A DNA stretch of 64,000 bases, taken from assembly GCA_964035545.1 (NCBI GenBank), contig OZ037769.1, forward strand, positions 14,476,633 to 14,540,632, given 5' to 3'. Position numbers and translations under genes: made by a program. The notes beneath the pieces are model-generated. The model saw nothing but the letters and a program-made list of their open reading frames with translations. It was not told the origin of the DNA and searched no databases. Shown piece by piece: positions 17,227-30,190 of this stretch (its first letter is position 1; each line of letters opens with the position of its first letter). This DNA is from Bugula neritina. Lineage: Eukaryota; Animalia; Bryozoa.

Positions 17227-18921
17227 CAGGGGTGTCCAACCTTTTCAGACCGAGGGCCAGTCTGCAAGTTTCAGCTTGAGCTGGGGGCCACAACATTTTT
17301 TTTGTTTTTAGAATAAATTTTCAAGATTCATTAAACATCTGCAGGCCATATGCATTGTAATTATAAGCGAGGGCTAGGCTTTGCATGTTTATTAAAATCA
17401 TAACATATTTGAATAGATATATATTATTTATGTGTGTATGTGTGTATATATGCATTTAATTAAAATAGGTAAACAAGAAACATTTCATTTTTAAAACTTT
17501 AATAATCAATAATTATATATGCATTTATGTTTGTGCATAAGAAATTATACATATATATTTATACAAAGTATATATTCATGATTGTACATGCAAATTTAAA
17601 CAAGATGTGCCAGTGCTAAGAGTCTGTACTAATTCCGGTATAGTTGTATTTTACAACCATCAGTGAGACAGTTGTGAGTACACAGTGAGTACTGTTTGCC
17701 TTGAACAATTCTGTTAATATCTGGTTTCGTATCAGAACATATAACCCTTAGTTGCTGGACTAAGTGCTGACTAGTGAGTGAAGTGTAGTATTTATTTTGT
17801 GTATTTCATTTGACTGAAAATTGAAAGCTCAGAGTTCAAACCTTCAAGCCATCTCAGTGCAGTGCAGCATCTAACAAGCAGTCAAAGGTCAAAGGTCAAA
17901 TCATTTCAGTACATACTCGCACAAAATTCATTATAAAACAAAATTGTTTAGGCATCTAACCTTAAAACAGTATGTAAATGAAAACTAACATATACATAAT
18001 AATATTTTAGTACTGCATAAATGAAGTGTGTCAAGGATTCTTCAACTACTTATCTTTCACAATACAGTCAATAAAAGTGAGAGATCTCAGTTATAATTTC
18101 AAAAAAGTCTTGTCTCTATATGGCCTGTCCTGATTAAATGTCTTTGAAATACCTGTCTGCACAGGATAGTTACATGCAGGTAACTTTTTAGCTGCAACTG
18201 CCTTGCTGAGGTTTGCATTGTAACTGTGTAAAAATTCAGTACCAGTAAAAACAATCTTATTTAATTGAAGGCTACTAGAATCAAAATTTAAAAACTATGG
18301 TGTGAATCTTATTTTTTCTCAGTGCTGCTTTTTTGGAATTTTTTCATTTTTTTGCAAAGTTATAGAAAAAAACTGCACATTTTTGGCTAATTTTGCCTCA
18401 AAAGTTGATTTTAGTAGTACCAGTAAAATATCTTAGCAGGAAAACATGATATCTGAATAAAAAAGCAATGACTTTTAGATTTTATATAAATTGTGGATTT
18501 TACACGGGGAAATGGTATATTTCTTTTCAAGTAGTAAAAGCTGTGCATCACTTCACACTTCAGTGAACGCGTAGAGATGAGCATATAATATAGGCAGCTA
18601 CATTACTATAAGTCACAGGCTTGCTAGCTAACAGACTATAATGACTAGCTTACTGTTATTGGTTGTAGTTTGATCTCAGGCTAAACAATGACAAGTAGGC
18701 AACACGCATGCCACCCACAAGACAATATTGTAGAAGAACTTAAACTACATTTTAATAGAAATTCTTAGTGGGATGCTTTCAACTATACCATGTGCTGCTG
18801 TTTCAGGCTAGTTAGCAAATTTGATGAACAAAAATTTGTAACTTGCTATACCTTTGGGGGGCCACACAAATATAGCTGGAGGGCCGGATCCGGCCCGCGG
18901 GCCGCCTGTTGGACAGCCCTG
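17227..18921. mobile_element. Non-autonomous hAT element inserted in the Mag-like pol
   Basis: TIR CAGGGGTGTCCAAC / GTTGGACAGCCCTG; perfect 8-bp TSD GTCTAGGC. Confidence 0.93.
18160..18794. mobile_element. CACAG-terminated (CACTA/EnSpm-like) MITE nested in the hAT
   Basis: Same family as 55825-56578 (CACAGGATAGTTA...; shared internal sequence); CTG on both flanks. Confidence 0.8.
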
Positions 18922-20158
18922 GTCTAGGCTCTCTACGATTGAAGATATTTTAGTTCTTGACAGTCGCATTGTTATTCCCCATGCCAAACGTCTAGCCGTG
19001 CTTGACAAAATTCACAGTGGTCACCTTGGCATCACCAAATGTAGGTCTCGAGCTGCACAGTCAGTCTGGTGACCCAATATGTCCCAGCAAATTGCGGAGA
19101 TGGTTAAAAAGTGTGAGTCCTGTAGGAAAGAGTCAAACGTTCAGCAATCTCCACTCCTTCGTTCTGAGTTTCCTAGTCGTCCTTGGGAAAAACTAAGCAG
19201 TGATTTGTTTTATATTGACAGTAAGTGGTTCTTGCTAGTAGTCGATTACTATTCTCGTTATATTGAAGTTGCATTGTTGGAGGATCTCACCAGTTCTAAG
19301 GTTATACTCCATTTGAAGAGCATATTTGCTCAACATGGTGTCCCAGAGGTCCTGATTTCTGATAATGGTGTGCAATATGCTTCAGAGGAATTTAAATCCT
19401 TCGCCCGAAAGTTTGGTTTTACCCATGTTACCAATTCTCCTAAACACCCTCAAAGAAATGGTGCATCTGAACGAGCCGTTCAGACTGTTAAAAACATTTT
19501 GAAGAAAGGACAAGATCCGTATTTAGGGTTGATGGCTTATAGGTCTTCACCGTTGGAAAATGGTGTCTCTCCAGCTGAGTTGTTGATGGGTCGGAAACTG
19601 CGCACTACAGTGCCTTCTTTGCCATCAGTGTTGGCCCCAAAGCAGCCCGATGTAGAACGGGTTAAGCAAAAAGAGGCTCATGCTAGAGCTCAGAGCAAAG
19701 ATACATTTGACTTGAGACATCAAGTTGTGGTCCCTCCATCGTTAAGTCCTGGTGATAGAGTTCACATGCGTGATCTGAATCGTGATGCTGAAGTTGTTAG
19801 TACTTCCCCTGCAAGGCCCCGATCAGTTGTTGTTAAAAGTACTAATGGTGTCCCACTCAGACGCAATGTTACCAACCTAGTGCCATTACAAATTACTGAG
19901 TTGTCTGATGACAATAATGTCGCTAAAGAATCTAGTTTTGGTAGAACTATTAAACCTAGACAAGATTTGGATTTGTAAATATACTATTTGCTGTGTTTGT
20001 TTTCATTTTATTATGTATTGCATTACCATTGTGTTTGTTTTCACCAGAGTGCTAAAATGTCTCTGTGTACTATCAATATGTTTCCAATGTGTGTTTTCTG
20101 CTGTATTACAATTTTGTGCAGTCTCCCCATCTTTTATTATTGTCTTGAGAAAGGGAGG

Positions 20159-20314
20159 TGTTGTATTATAATGTACTCGCTATAATGTTACGCTTTTATT
20201 AGGTCAAGATTACCTTCAGTTTGAAGAAAGTTATTGCCATGTTAAATACAATACTTGCTCGTGTTCATTAACAAAATAATTATAATCCACTTCATCCGCA
20301 ACCATAATATTACA
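20159..20314 (+). repeat. 3' LTR of Mag-like Gypsy (~156 bp)
   Basis: Follows the PPT; TGTTGTATTAT...ATAATATTACA imperfect terminal inverted repeat. Confidence 0.65.
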
Positions 20315-21313
20315 GGCACAATATTGGTGGATTAAAATTTTTACATTAAGAAAATCAACATGCTAAACATAACGTAGAACGTAACGCAAACATATAGCAG
20401 TGGCTTTGTTGTAATATAGGTTTGTAATTAAATATATAAAATAAACACATAATGTAAAAACACAATTTATAGCAGATGCATGAAGTTGTTGTTGGGTGAT
20501 TACACTTTATAGGTATTTGGATATTATATACTATAGTACATAAAATATAAATAGGCTACAGAGTTTCTAGGTTTTGTGGTTGCACAGTAAGAACTTTTTG
20601 AGTGTCGGCAGGTTGATAAGAGTTTGTTTCGCTTGTTTAAAGTACACATGTTGGGTTTGTATAAAATAAAGAAACACTCCCATAGGCATAAATTACACCT
20701 TTTGGTAATTGTGTTGTATGGTTTCGCTTTCCTTAATATTTTCCAACTTAAATTATGTTTAATGTTTTTGCTAGTTAATTGCCAAATGTATTTGCTAAGT
20801 TCTGTTTGATTCGCTTTTTCCTTGTTTTTGAATGATGATTTGTGGTTTGCGTATCTTATTTTGAACGGTCTTTTACTTAGGCCAATGTATGTTGCAGGTT
20901 CGTTTTCGGTGGTTTCTACAGTTGCTTGGTATATTACTCTGCTCTCTTGACAGTTTCCTTTCAGTGGACAACTTTCTTTTTCTCTGCAGTTGCAGTTTTT
21001 TCTGGGAGATTTGTTTTGTTGCTTCTGTTTCTCTAAAATTCTGTTATTGTGGGCATTTATGGTATGTTTTATGTTTGGCATGCAGCTGTAGCTAACTTTT
21101 ATATTGTTTTTGTTGATTATTTTATAGAATGGGTGCTGTTTCGGAAACTCCTCAATCATAATTTTAAAATTTTTTTTGCAATTTTTGTGGTTACATGTTG
21201 GCTGTATGGTAGATTGTACCAAACAACTTTTTTATTTGGTTTCGGGATTTCTATTGTGTGTTGTCGGTTTGTTTTCTTGGTAGGAATTGTAGTTGGTGTT
21301 TATAGCCACTTTT
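20315..21313 (-). mobile_element. Penelope-like element (GIY-YIG; ORF 20524-21222)
   Basis: [51 protein letters not shown]; near-identical inverted copy at 26845-27845. Confidence 0.9.
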
Positions 21314-24292
21314 TATATGCAATATTGATGTCAAACTTAGAGTTGTGCACCCACACACATGCAACAATAAGAGATGACGACTACACGTACTTATAATACT
21401 TATAAATCCAGATACAACATTATACAACTCAACAAAATTTACAGTTCCACCTGTAAATACTTAACTATATGCTGTAAAAGTTAAATAAGATAGGATGACC
21501 TAAATTTAAATTTCATAGTTAGCTAAGCATTATAAATTATATCTTAAAATTAAAAAGTATGCAGGGTATTCTTAAACTACGTAATTTGTAATGATATATA
21601 GCCATTTGTAAATGGATTGTGGCTGTGTATAGCCCTATCTTCAAAGAAAGTATCAATTACTATTATTCCGATTTAATGAGATTATATGAGACACCTGCAA
21701 TTTAAATATAAGCTTACTTCCACGTTAAATATAATAACCTTTTGATCTGACAGAAGTTGCCAGACCAATTATTCTGATTTAATGACCTATCTGAAAGCAT
21801 GAACATAAATATACTTTTAAGTAGCATCTCTTATTATCATAAAATTGCCTTAGTATTAAATAATTTATTCTATACACCGTAGCAACTATCCTTGTAACTA
21901 CAGTAAAGAACTGAAGGCAGCAATGTAAAACTGTCTGGGTACCTATATTTGTCAGCTTTTATTCTACACTAATTGCAATTAAAGGTATATGACGTGGGAT
22001 GAAGCTGCAACTGAAATTGAAGTATGTGGTACCAGTTTATACCAATATATATATGTAATTATGACTTAGAGGACCACGTAGATAACGTAGTGTATTTGCT
22101 GTATTTACTGGGGCGAGTATATCTCTATAATTATAGAGATAAGGCTAACGTAATTGATATAATATGATAACTGCATGAGCCTGTCGTAAGCTAAGATGTA
22201 TATAAATATGGAGAGAATGGCAATTGATATAGGCAATAGGCAAATGGCCTGGGTATCTTTATCACAATAATAGAAATGTCTACAGAGTAAAATCTAAGGC
22301 CCAAAAGAGAATGGAAAAACTTTCATCACACAGAGTTGCGTGACATGAAATCTCAAACAACCATTTCAAGGGTAAGGCTCACAGCTCATTAAGGTTTATG
22401 CCTGGTCCACTATTTTCTAAACTGTCTAGCCTGATTCACTTAGGACCAGCTATCAGGTTAATTAACAAAATTACTTCCCCTTAGATTGTAAATAATTGCT
22501 TCTAATCGTCAGAACTCAACTATGCCGACGGTTTCCTAGAGAATGAAAATTAACCTTTGATTACTGCTCCAGCAGCAAGATGATATCAATTCAATAAACA
22601 CTATGAACCTGTAGATTCACAAGACCTTGGTTGTCATACATACTGAACTTTTCCAGTTCATTGATCCAACACATCAGTTAGAGAATAATGATGGTATGGT
22701 GCAGTAGTCACAGACGATGACTACCTACCAGCTTGAGTTTGTCAAGGTATATATGCTCGCATGGTTGGTAATGAGCCTAATAGATGATTACTTCAAAAGA
22801 AAATCTTATGACATGATAAGACATATTATATATCAATTCAATTAGCATATTTCTGTTCAATTTACACATTCACCATAGTTTGATTAAATAGTATTGCAAC
22901 TTAGTTATATAAAGTTTAATTAGAGTTAACTAGGGCCATAATCTGGACAATACATGGGAGTGACTGAGACTGTACGGGTGACAGCTGACACGCCCCATGC
23001 GATGCAGTCACATGTAGCAATGCCAGCCCCCACAGTGCCTGTTTCCACATGTATCCTACTATAATAATAGAGCTTATATTCTATTTTCTTTTTGAAGAAG
23101 TAATTGCAAACAAACAACATTGATCCCTGATGACTATTATGTGAGTCTGGTACAACATAACTACAATATATAATGTATGAATAATTGCAACTAGTTGCAG
23201 ACAGGTTTCTACATAAATAAACATAAGCTTATACTAATAATTTCTAGTGTATGTTGTGCCATACTGAATAAGGTCGTGCACTGTTATTGGTTTATGCTAG
23301 CGCTAGCACAAGTTGTGCTTATATGTGGGTTGTTGCCAGGCAGCAGCGCTTCATTAATAGAAAAATTCACAGCATAAGATTATATACATATATCCATCAC
23401 CAACATATAGGAAGTGGTTAGTGTTAATAGCTAGCATGCAGGATATCAAAATGCACCAGAGTAATGTGCACTCAGTCTATTTCATATGTCTATGAAATTT
23501 AGTCTGGTCAATGTCAAAGTATAGAGCTCTATGGACATCCAGTAGTACTTTTGTAAGGCCTGTAAATTTATGTTTATGCATGCTGTCGATATACCATTAT
23601 AAAATTTCATATATTCAATCTGCGTCGGTGTCCCATTTTCTTTAGTGATTCTACGTACTCGTTGCCCTAATGACGTGTAGTCATGACTATATAAATTATA
23701 CAATTGTTTTTTGATTTGTTTGTGTTTCGGGATAGTTTGTGTTTGCAGGCGCGCTTTATATAAATTATCATATTATCATAGCCTGTTTGTTGAAGTAGCC
23801 TATATATTATGACAGTATACTGTGTAGCCTTAGTTTTACAATTGAAGTTTGACGTCATTCTGCCCTTTAAATTGTAAAATTTGTAGTATGTACTTATACA
23901 TTGAATAGCGATGATCTATACATGTCCAACGGCCGGATGGGCTGGAACTGTGAGGAACTAATATGGAGATCTATAGAAACTCTTAGGCTGGCTACATAAT
24001 GGGCTAGTAATTAAATTATATAAATAATTATCTAGATCTAAGTACTGAGGGATTTTATTTGGGATAGGATGTTGGTATTGTGCAGATTGAGGGGGGGGGA
24101 AGAGGGTCAAGTTTGACAATAGCTTTTGAGAAGCATCTCAAAAGCTTGTTGACCAACCTATAAATGTATTTAGTGTGTGAGCCAAATTTTGGCTTACTCA
24201 ACTTAGGAAAAATTATTTTATAATTTCCAAGTAATAGCACATTGTTATGCCCCTGGGTTTGACACTTAACTCTGCCCCTTGAGTAGATGTCT

Positions 24293-25318
24293 TTACCCAG
24301 TTTTAGAATAAATGCTTGTAATGGTGTACACCAAATGTTGCAGAGTAAAGAAAAGCATGTATGTAAGAAGATATATGGCTGCTGCCACAGGATGATTGCA
24401 CACATTGAATACCTTATCAGAGGCCTTGGAGCTTGAGTGAAGGTTGGGTGTGGCAGTCATTACATCCTGATGAAGGCTTGCAGCTATCTTCTCTTCTGGT
24501 GAGACATTGTTAGTAGGATGAACCTGCTCTCCAGTAGCTGAACATGGCGGTGCCGATGAACAGCTGGGGTTCATACCTTCTGCCTCAGTGGTACCGTCTG
24601 AGGTTGCAGGTATCTCTGTTGCTTGGTTGCAGTGCTGGGTGCTTCCGACAAATTGTGGGGTATAGAATTTGGACTCAGGGGTCTGGATGTTTGATTCTTC
24701 ATCTGCCGGTCTGCACTCTGAACCTACTTTAGTAATAATACTGGCGCAGATATGACATTTGGTAGGTTTCCTACTCGGACTGTCCACACTGAGTGAGAAC
24801 AACTCCTCTATGGTTGGTGGATTTTTAAACCTACCAGCCAGTTGTGGCAGCAAAATGTAACTTAGCTCACGGTTACCTACGCCAGTAGCAAAAGTCTCAC
24901 CTATAATAGTAAGTTTTGAGCCACTATCTAGCATATATAGATTATTACCCTCATCGATAACTCTACATAAAAAGTCCTCTGTAGACTCATGGGCCCTGAT
25001 ATGGAGGTCTAAGAATTTTTTCATCTTTGTAGAGTGGTTCTCATTAAACTTTTTGTCAAGAACATTAATCAGGGTGTCAAATGAGATTTGGAACTTACTA
25101 GCTTTTACTACGTTCTCGTAACTCTTTTTTGCATTACCATAGAGACAAAGGCCTAAGAACTTAACACTTTGCTCATCTGTGAGGTTAAGAGCTTTTGCTC
25201 GATAGCTAAAATCAGCTTTGGTTTGATACCAATTGTCAGAGATGTCACCAAATTGATGAACAAAAGCCCAACTTTTGGGGCATCTAAATAAGTGGCACCA
25301 GTCACTACATGTGACCAT
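24293..25318 (-). CDS. gag: Gag-like capsid protein
   Basis: 341 aa; W..TKADFSYRAKALNLTDEQSVKFLGLCLYGNAKKSY..FDTLINVLDKKF..ESTEDFLCRV resembles retrotransposon capsid; lies just downstream of the PBS. Confidence 0.68.
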   Translation of the reverse strand: MVTCSDWCHLFRCPKSWAFVHQFGDISDNWYQTKADFSYRAKALNLTDEQSVKFLGLCLYGNAKKSYENVVKASKFQISFDTLINVLDKKFNENHSTKMKKFLDLHIRAHESTEDFLCRVIDEGNNLYMLDSGSKLTIIGETFATGVGNRELSYILLPQLAGRFKNPPTIEELFSLSVDSPSRKPTKCHICASIITKVGSECRPADEESNIQTPESKFYTPQFVGSTQHCNQATEIPATSDGTTEAEGMNPSCSSAPPCSATGEQVHPTNNVSPEEKIAASLHQDVMTATPNLHSSSKASDKVFNVCNHPVAAAIYLLTYMLFFTLQHLVYTITSIYSKTG

Positions 25319-25645
25319 TGTGTGACAGAAAGTGATATATTATAGGCTATTTATATAGTTGGGTATAAAATTTGTTTATATTATAAGCCTCTGGGTAATT
25401 TACTAATTAATTGTTTTTGCTTGCACAATACATAACATAATATTTCCACCCCATATTTAAAACAGACACGTCCTCGTGTCAATTTGTGCACGAATCAATA
25501 ATAAAAAATCAGGCTACAGAAAAAAACAAATAGGAAAAAACGAACTATACAGGACAAATCTAACAAGACATAACCTATATGGTAGTCCCAACTAATGAAA
25601 TACACAGAAAGACTAGGAAACTGGAGTGGTGCACGAGAAAGACCT

Positions 25646-25656
25646 CACCTCCACCA
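25646..25656 (-). promoter_or_regulatory. Primer-binding site, probably tRNA-Ala
   Basis: TGGTGGAGGTG, 2 nt after the LTR end; complementary to ...CACCTCCACCA. Confidence 0.65.
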
Positions 25657-25706
25657 AATGTTAGGGTTGGTTTTACTGATTTTAGGTATTGTAAAATCAC
25701 CGAATA

Positions 25707-25816
<110 letters not shown>

Positions 25817-26639
25817 TAGCCTTGGGGTGAGCTTGGGGTCGGTGCGTAGTTACGGGTTAATGGCTTGGCTGCGAGGTAACTCCAGCTCTTGTCCGTCCGG
25901 TAGGAGTGAAGTTGAGACTCCGGGTTAGAGTAGTTGGCTGGTGGTGCTCCTTAGTCTATGGTCCTGGGCTAGCACTCACTAACGTACTCTAACACATTCT
26001 AATTGGGTCGCATACATTCTATATAAATCTTCAATCGTTCTTCAATCAGTCTCAACAAGTCTCTCAATTCTCCCATTTGCACCAGGTTATATAGCTATAA
26101 CCCTCACACAAGCCACACCCACGCTATATGCAATATTAATGTCAAACTTAGAGTTGTGCACCCCACACACATGCAACAATAAGAGATGACGACTACACAT
26201 ACTTATAATACTTTATAAATCCAGATACAACAAGGTTTAAAATGTACGCCCCAACTAGCTCGCATGTTTCAGCGCCGTCGTACCCTCCCATTGTTACGTC
26301 AAAAAGGTTGTAGTTATATTTTTCCTATGCATTTCCAGAGTTGAAAAGTAGCGACTTTTTGGCGTATAGAATTATTTTTGTTTCATCTTTGCTGATTATG
26401 TCAAATGTTGATGCAAAAGTTAGAGCGTTTTCAAGTAGGTTTTGTGATATTGAAGGGTAAAAGTCTATGACGTCAAATGAAATAAATGTGTGTTGGTGTT
26501 TGTTGTTAATTCCTTCAAACCATTTTATTACGTCAGTGGTGTTTTTTCAATGCTTTAGGTGTGTGTTTGTAAGAATTTTGTTATTTATCCGATCTAATAT
26601 CTGTTTACTAATTTTTCCTATCTCTGGTTTGCAAGGATT

Positions 26640-27914
26640 TATAAGGCAACCTGAACAACAAAACCTACACACCATACACCAAGTCAAACAGTTTTACTAA
26701 ATGTTATATTTATAGCAAATCCAACCACCCACCAAGCATAATCACCAACCTACCATTGTCTGTTAACAAACGACTGTCGTCAATATCATCTAATGAGAAA
26801 ATGTTCGCACAATCCACCTACAACCACCAAAACCTCCTAAACCAAAGTGGCTATAAACACCAACTACAATTTCTACCAAGAACACAAACCGACAACACAC
26901 AATAGAAATCCTGAAACCGAAAAAGAAAAGTTGTTTGGTACAATCCACCATACAGCCAACATGTAACCACAAAAATTGCAAAAAAACTTTTTTAAAATCA
27001 TGATTGAGGAATTTCCGAAACAGCACCCACTCTATAAAATAATTAACAAAAACAATATAAAAGTTAGCTACAGCTGCATGCCAAACATAAAACATACCAT
27101 AAATGCCCACAATAACAGAATTTTAGAGAAAAAGAAGCAACAAAACAAAACCCCCAGAAAAAACTGCAACTGCAGAGAATAAGAAAGTTGTCCACTGAAA
27201 GGAAACTGTTGGGGGAGCAGAGTAATATACCAAGCAACTGTAGAAACCACCGAAAATGAACCTACAACATACATTGGCCTAAGTGAAAGACCGTTCAAAC
27301 TAAAATACACAAACCACAAATCATCATTCAAAAACAAGGAAAAAGCAAATCAAACAGAACTTAGCAAATACATTTGGCAACTATGTAACTAGCAAAAACA
27401 TTAAACATAATTTAAGTTGAAAAATATTAAGGAAAGCGAAACCATACAAAACAATTACCAAAAGGTGTAATTTATGCCTATGGGAATGTTTCTTTATTTT
27501 ATACAAACCCAACATGCGAAACGAACTCTTATCAACCTGCCGACACTCAAAAAAATTCTTACTGTGCAACCACAAAACCTAGAAACTCTGTAGCCTATTT
27601 ATATTTTATGTATTATAGTAAATTATAGTATCCAAATATACCTATTAAGTATAATCACCCAACAACAACTTCATGCATCTGCTATAAATTGTGTTTTTAC
27701 ATTAAGTGTGTATTTGATATATTTAATTACACTTACAAACTTATATAACAACAAAGCCACTGCTATGTTTGCGTTACGCTCTACATTATGTTTAGCATGT
27801 TGATTTTCTTAATGTAAAAATTTAAATCCACCAATATTGTGCCTGAGGAGTGCCAAAGAGGCATGAAACTATTAGTAGCGCAATAAAACATCTAATTAAT
27901 TTGCTCTTTTCTTC

Positions 27915-27917
<3 letters not shown>
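26640..27917 (+). mobile_element. Degenerate Penelope-like element (RT tail plus GIY-YIG) ending in (TA)n
   Basis: SNHPPSIITNLPLSVNKRLSSISSNEKMF; same endonuclease motifs as 20524-21222, with stops; hammerhead. Confidence 0.88.
27835..27885 (+). ncRNA. Type I hammerhead ribozyme
   Basis: tattgtgc CTGAGGA gtgcc-aaaga-ggcat GAAAC tatta GTA gcgcaata. Confidence 0.85.
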
Positions 27918-27978
<61 letters not shown>

Positions 27979-28020
27979 GTATACGAGAAACATTGTTTAT
28001 TTATTACTTTATTAGATAAA

Positions 28021-28068
28021 GTAATTACACTGATATTTCGGGTACCACTGTACCTATCTTCAGAGTAG
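28021..28068 (-). ncRNA. Degenerate hammerhead-like motif in a short cassette between (TA)n tracts
   Basis: Minus strand: CTGAAGA ta ggtac-agtg-gtacc c GAAAT...; stems I and III are poor. Confidence 0.4.
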
Positions 28069-28114
28069 CATTATACCTATTTATAATCAAATTGCTAGCT
28101 CGTAAAGATATATT

Positions 28115-28646
<532 letters not shown>

Positions 28647-28688
28647 TGGGTTGGGCGCTTAAACCCCTTATCTATGTCTTAAAGCGAG

Positions 28689-29294
28689 AAATCTGGCATA
28701 TTTTAAAACATTTTCAATTATCTTTGGGGGGTGGTTTCTTTTTCAGTTTGCATAAACAGGGTTGCTATCTAATTTATGTTGACTTGTGAACACTGTAGTC
28801 CTAAATGCAAACATTTCACAAATCTAAGCAAATAAATATAATACCTTGAAGATAATAGCATAAGATATGGTGTAACATGGGAAACAATCGCCACCAGCTA
28901 AAGACCATCATCTAAGCATTGCAACTTAGCTGCACTTAATAAAAAAGTTTTCTATACGTTATAGGCATCATTTCATGGTCAATTTTAATTATTCTACGAC
29001 TTGTGTTTTTTTAAATTACTCTGTCTCACATTTTATAAAACATAATATTATTGCCTAGCTCATCAGTCATCACGTGTATTACTCTGACAACTAGCACACC
29101 TTTTCTCCTGCTATGCAAAAAGTTTGAAATGGATGGATATCAAAACCATATTTCATTTCAACTAATAAAGTTTAGTATTCTATTTGATATATTTTTATAA
29201 TACTCTTGAACACTTTGTTTAGTGACCAGTTTTTTACAGACAAATCACCATTTATATACCAACTATATAATATATACTGGATATATTATACAAT

Positions 29295-29332
<38 letters not shown>

Positions 29333-29445
29333 TAATAAGCGGTAAAATTTGATTTAAAACACTTTATTACTACTAGTTTCATGTGCATTGAATGTACACA
29401 ATCTTCAGATAAAATGTTCGGTGTAGTACAACAATAATATAAACA

Positions 29446-29540
<95 letters not shown>

Positions 29541-30190
29541 ATTGTATAATATATCCAGTATATATTATATAGTTGGTATATAAATGGTGATTTGTCTGTA
29601 AAAAACTGGTCACTAAACAAAGTGCTCAAGAGTATTATAAAAATATATCAAATAGAATACTAAACTTTATTAGTTGAAATGAAATATGGTTTTGATATCC
29701 ATCCATTTCAAACTTTTTGCATAGCAGGAGAAAAGGTGTGCTAGTTGTCAGAGTAATACACGTGATGACTAATGAGGCAACAATATTATGTTTTATAAAA
29801 TGTGAGACAGAGTAATTTAAAAAAACACAAGTCGTAGAATAATTAAAATTGACCATGAAATGATGCCTATAACATGTATAAGTTTGTCTGGGTCTCTTAT
29901 TCAAATTACTAATGTACATAATATGTTACTTTTTTAATAAGTGCAGCTAAGTTGCAATGCTCAGATGATGGTCTTTAGCTGGTGGCGATTGTTTCCCATG
30001 TTACACCAAATCTTATGCTATTATCTTCAAGGTATTATATTTATTTGCTTAGATTTGTGAAATGTTTGCACTTAGGCCTACAGTGTTCACAGGTCAACAA
30101 AAATTAGATAGCAACCCTCTTTATGCAAATTGAAGTAGTAAAACACCCCCTAAAATAATTAAGAATGTTTTAAGATATGCCAGAATTTTA
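28689..30190. repeat. Large inverted repeat (arms ~28689-29299 and ~29536-30190)
   Basis: Left arm is the reverse complement of the start of the P2X flank unit D; spacer is (TA)n, a 120-bp cassette, then (TA)n. Confidence 0.9.
29358..29418 (-). ncRNA. Hammerhead ribozyme in a solo ~120-bp cassette at the palindrome centre
   Basis: Minus strand: aacattttat CTGAAGA t tgtgta-cattcaa-tgcaca t GAAAC tagta GTA ataaagtgtt. Confidence 0.75.

Larger units (their letters stand above)
14530..20314 (+). mobile_element. Degenerate Mag-like Ty3/Gypsy element, 5' LTR missing
   Basis: gag with two knuckles (14564-15334), protease FKLDTGAN, RT CHMDD, RNase H HTDAS, integrase PWEKLSSDLF/SDNG (to 19978); frameshifts and stops; PPT gagaaagggagg before the LTR. 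Confidence 0.9.
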
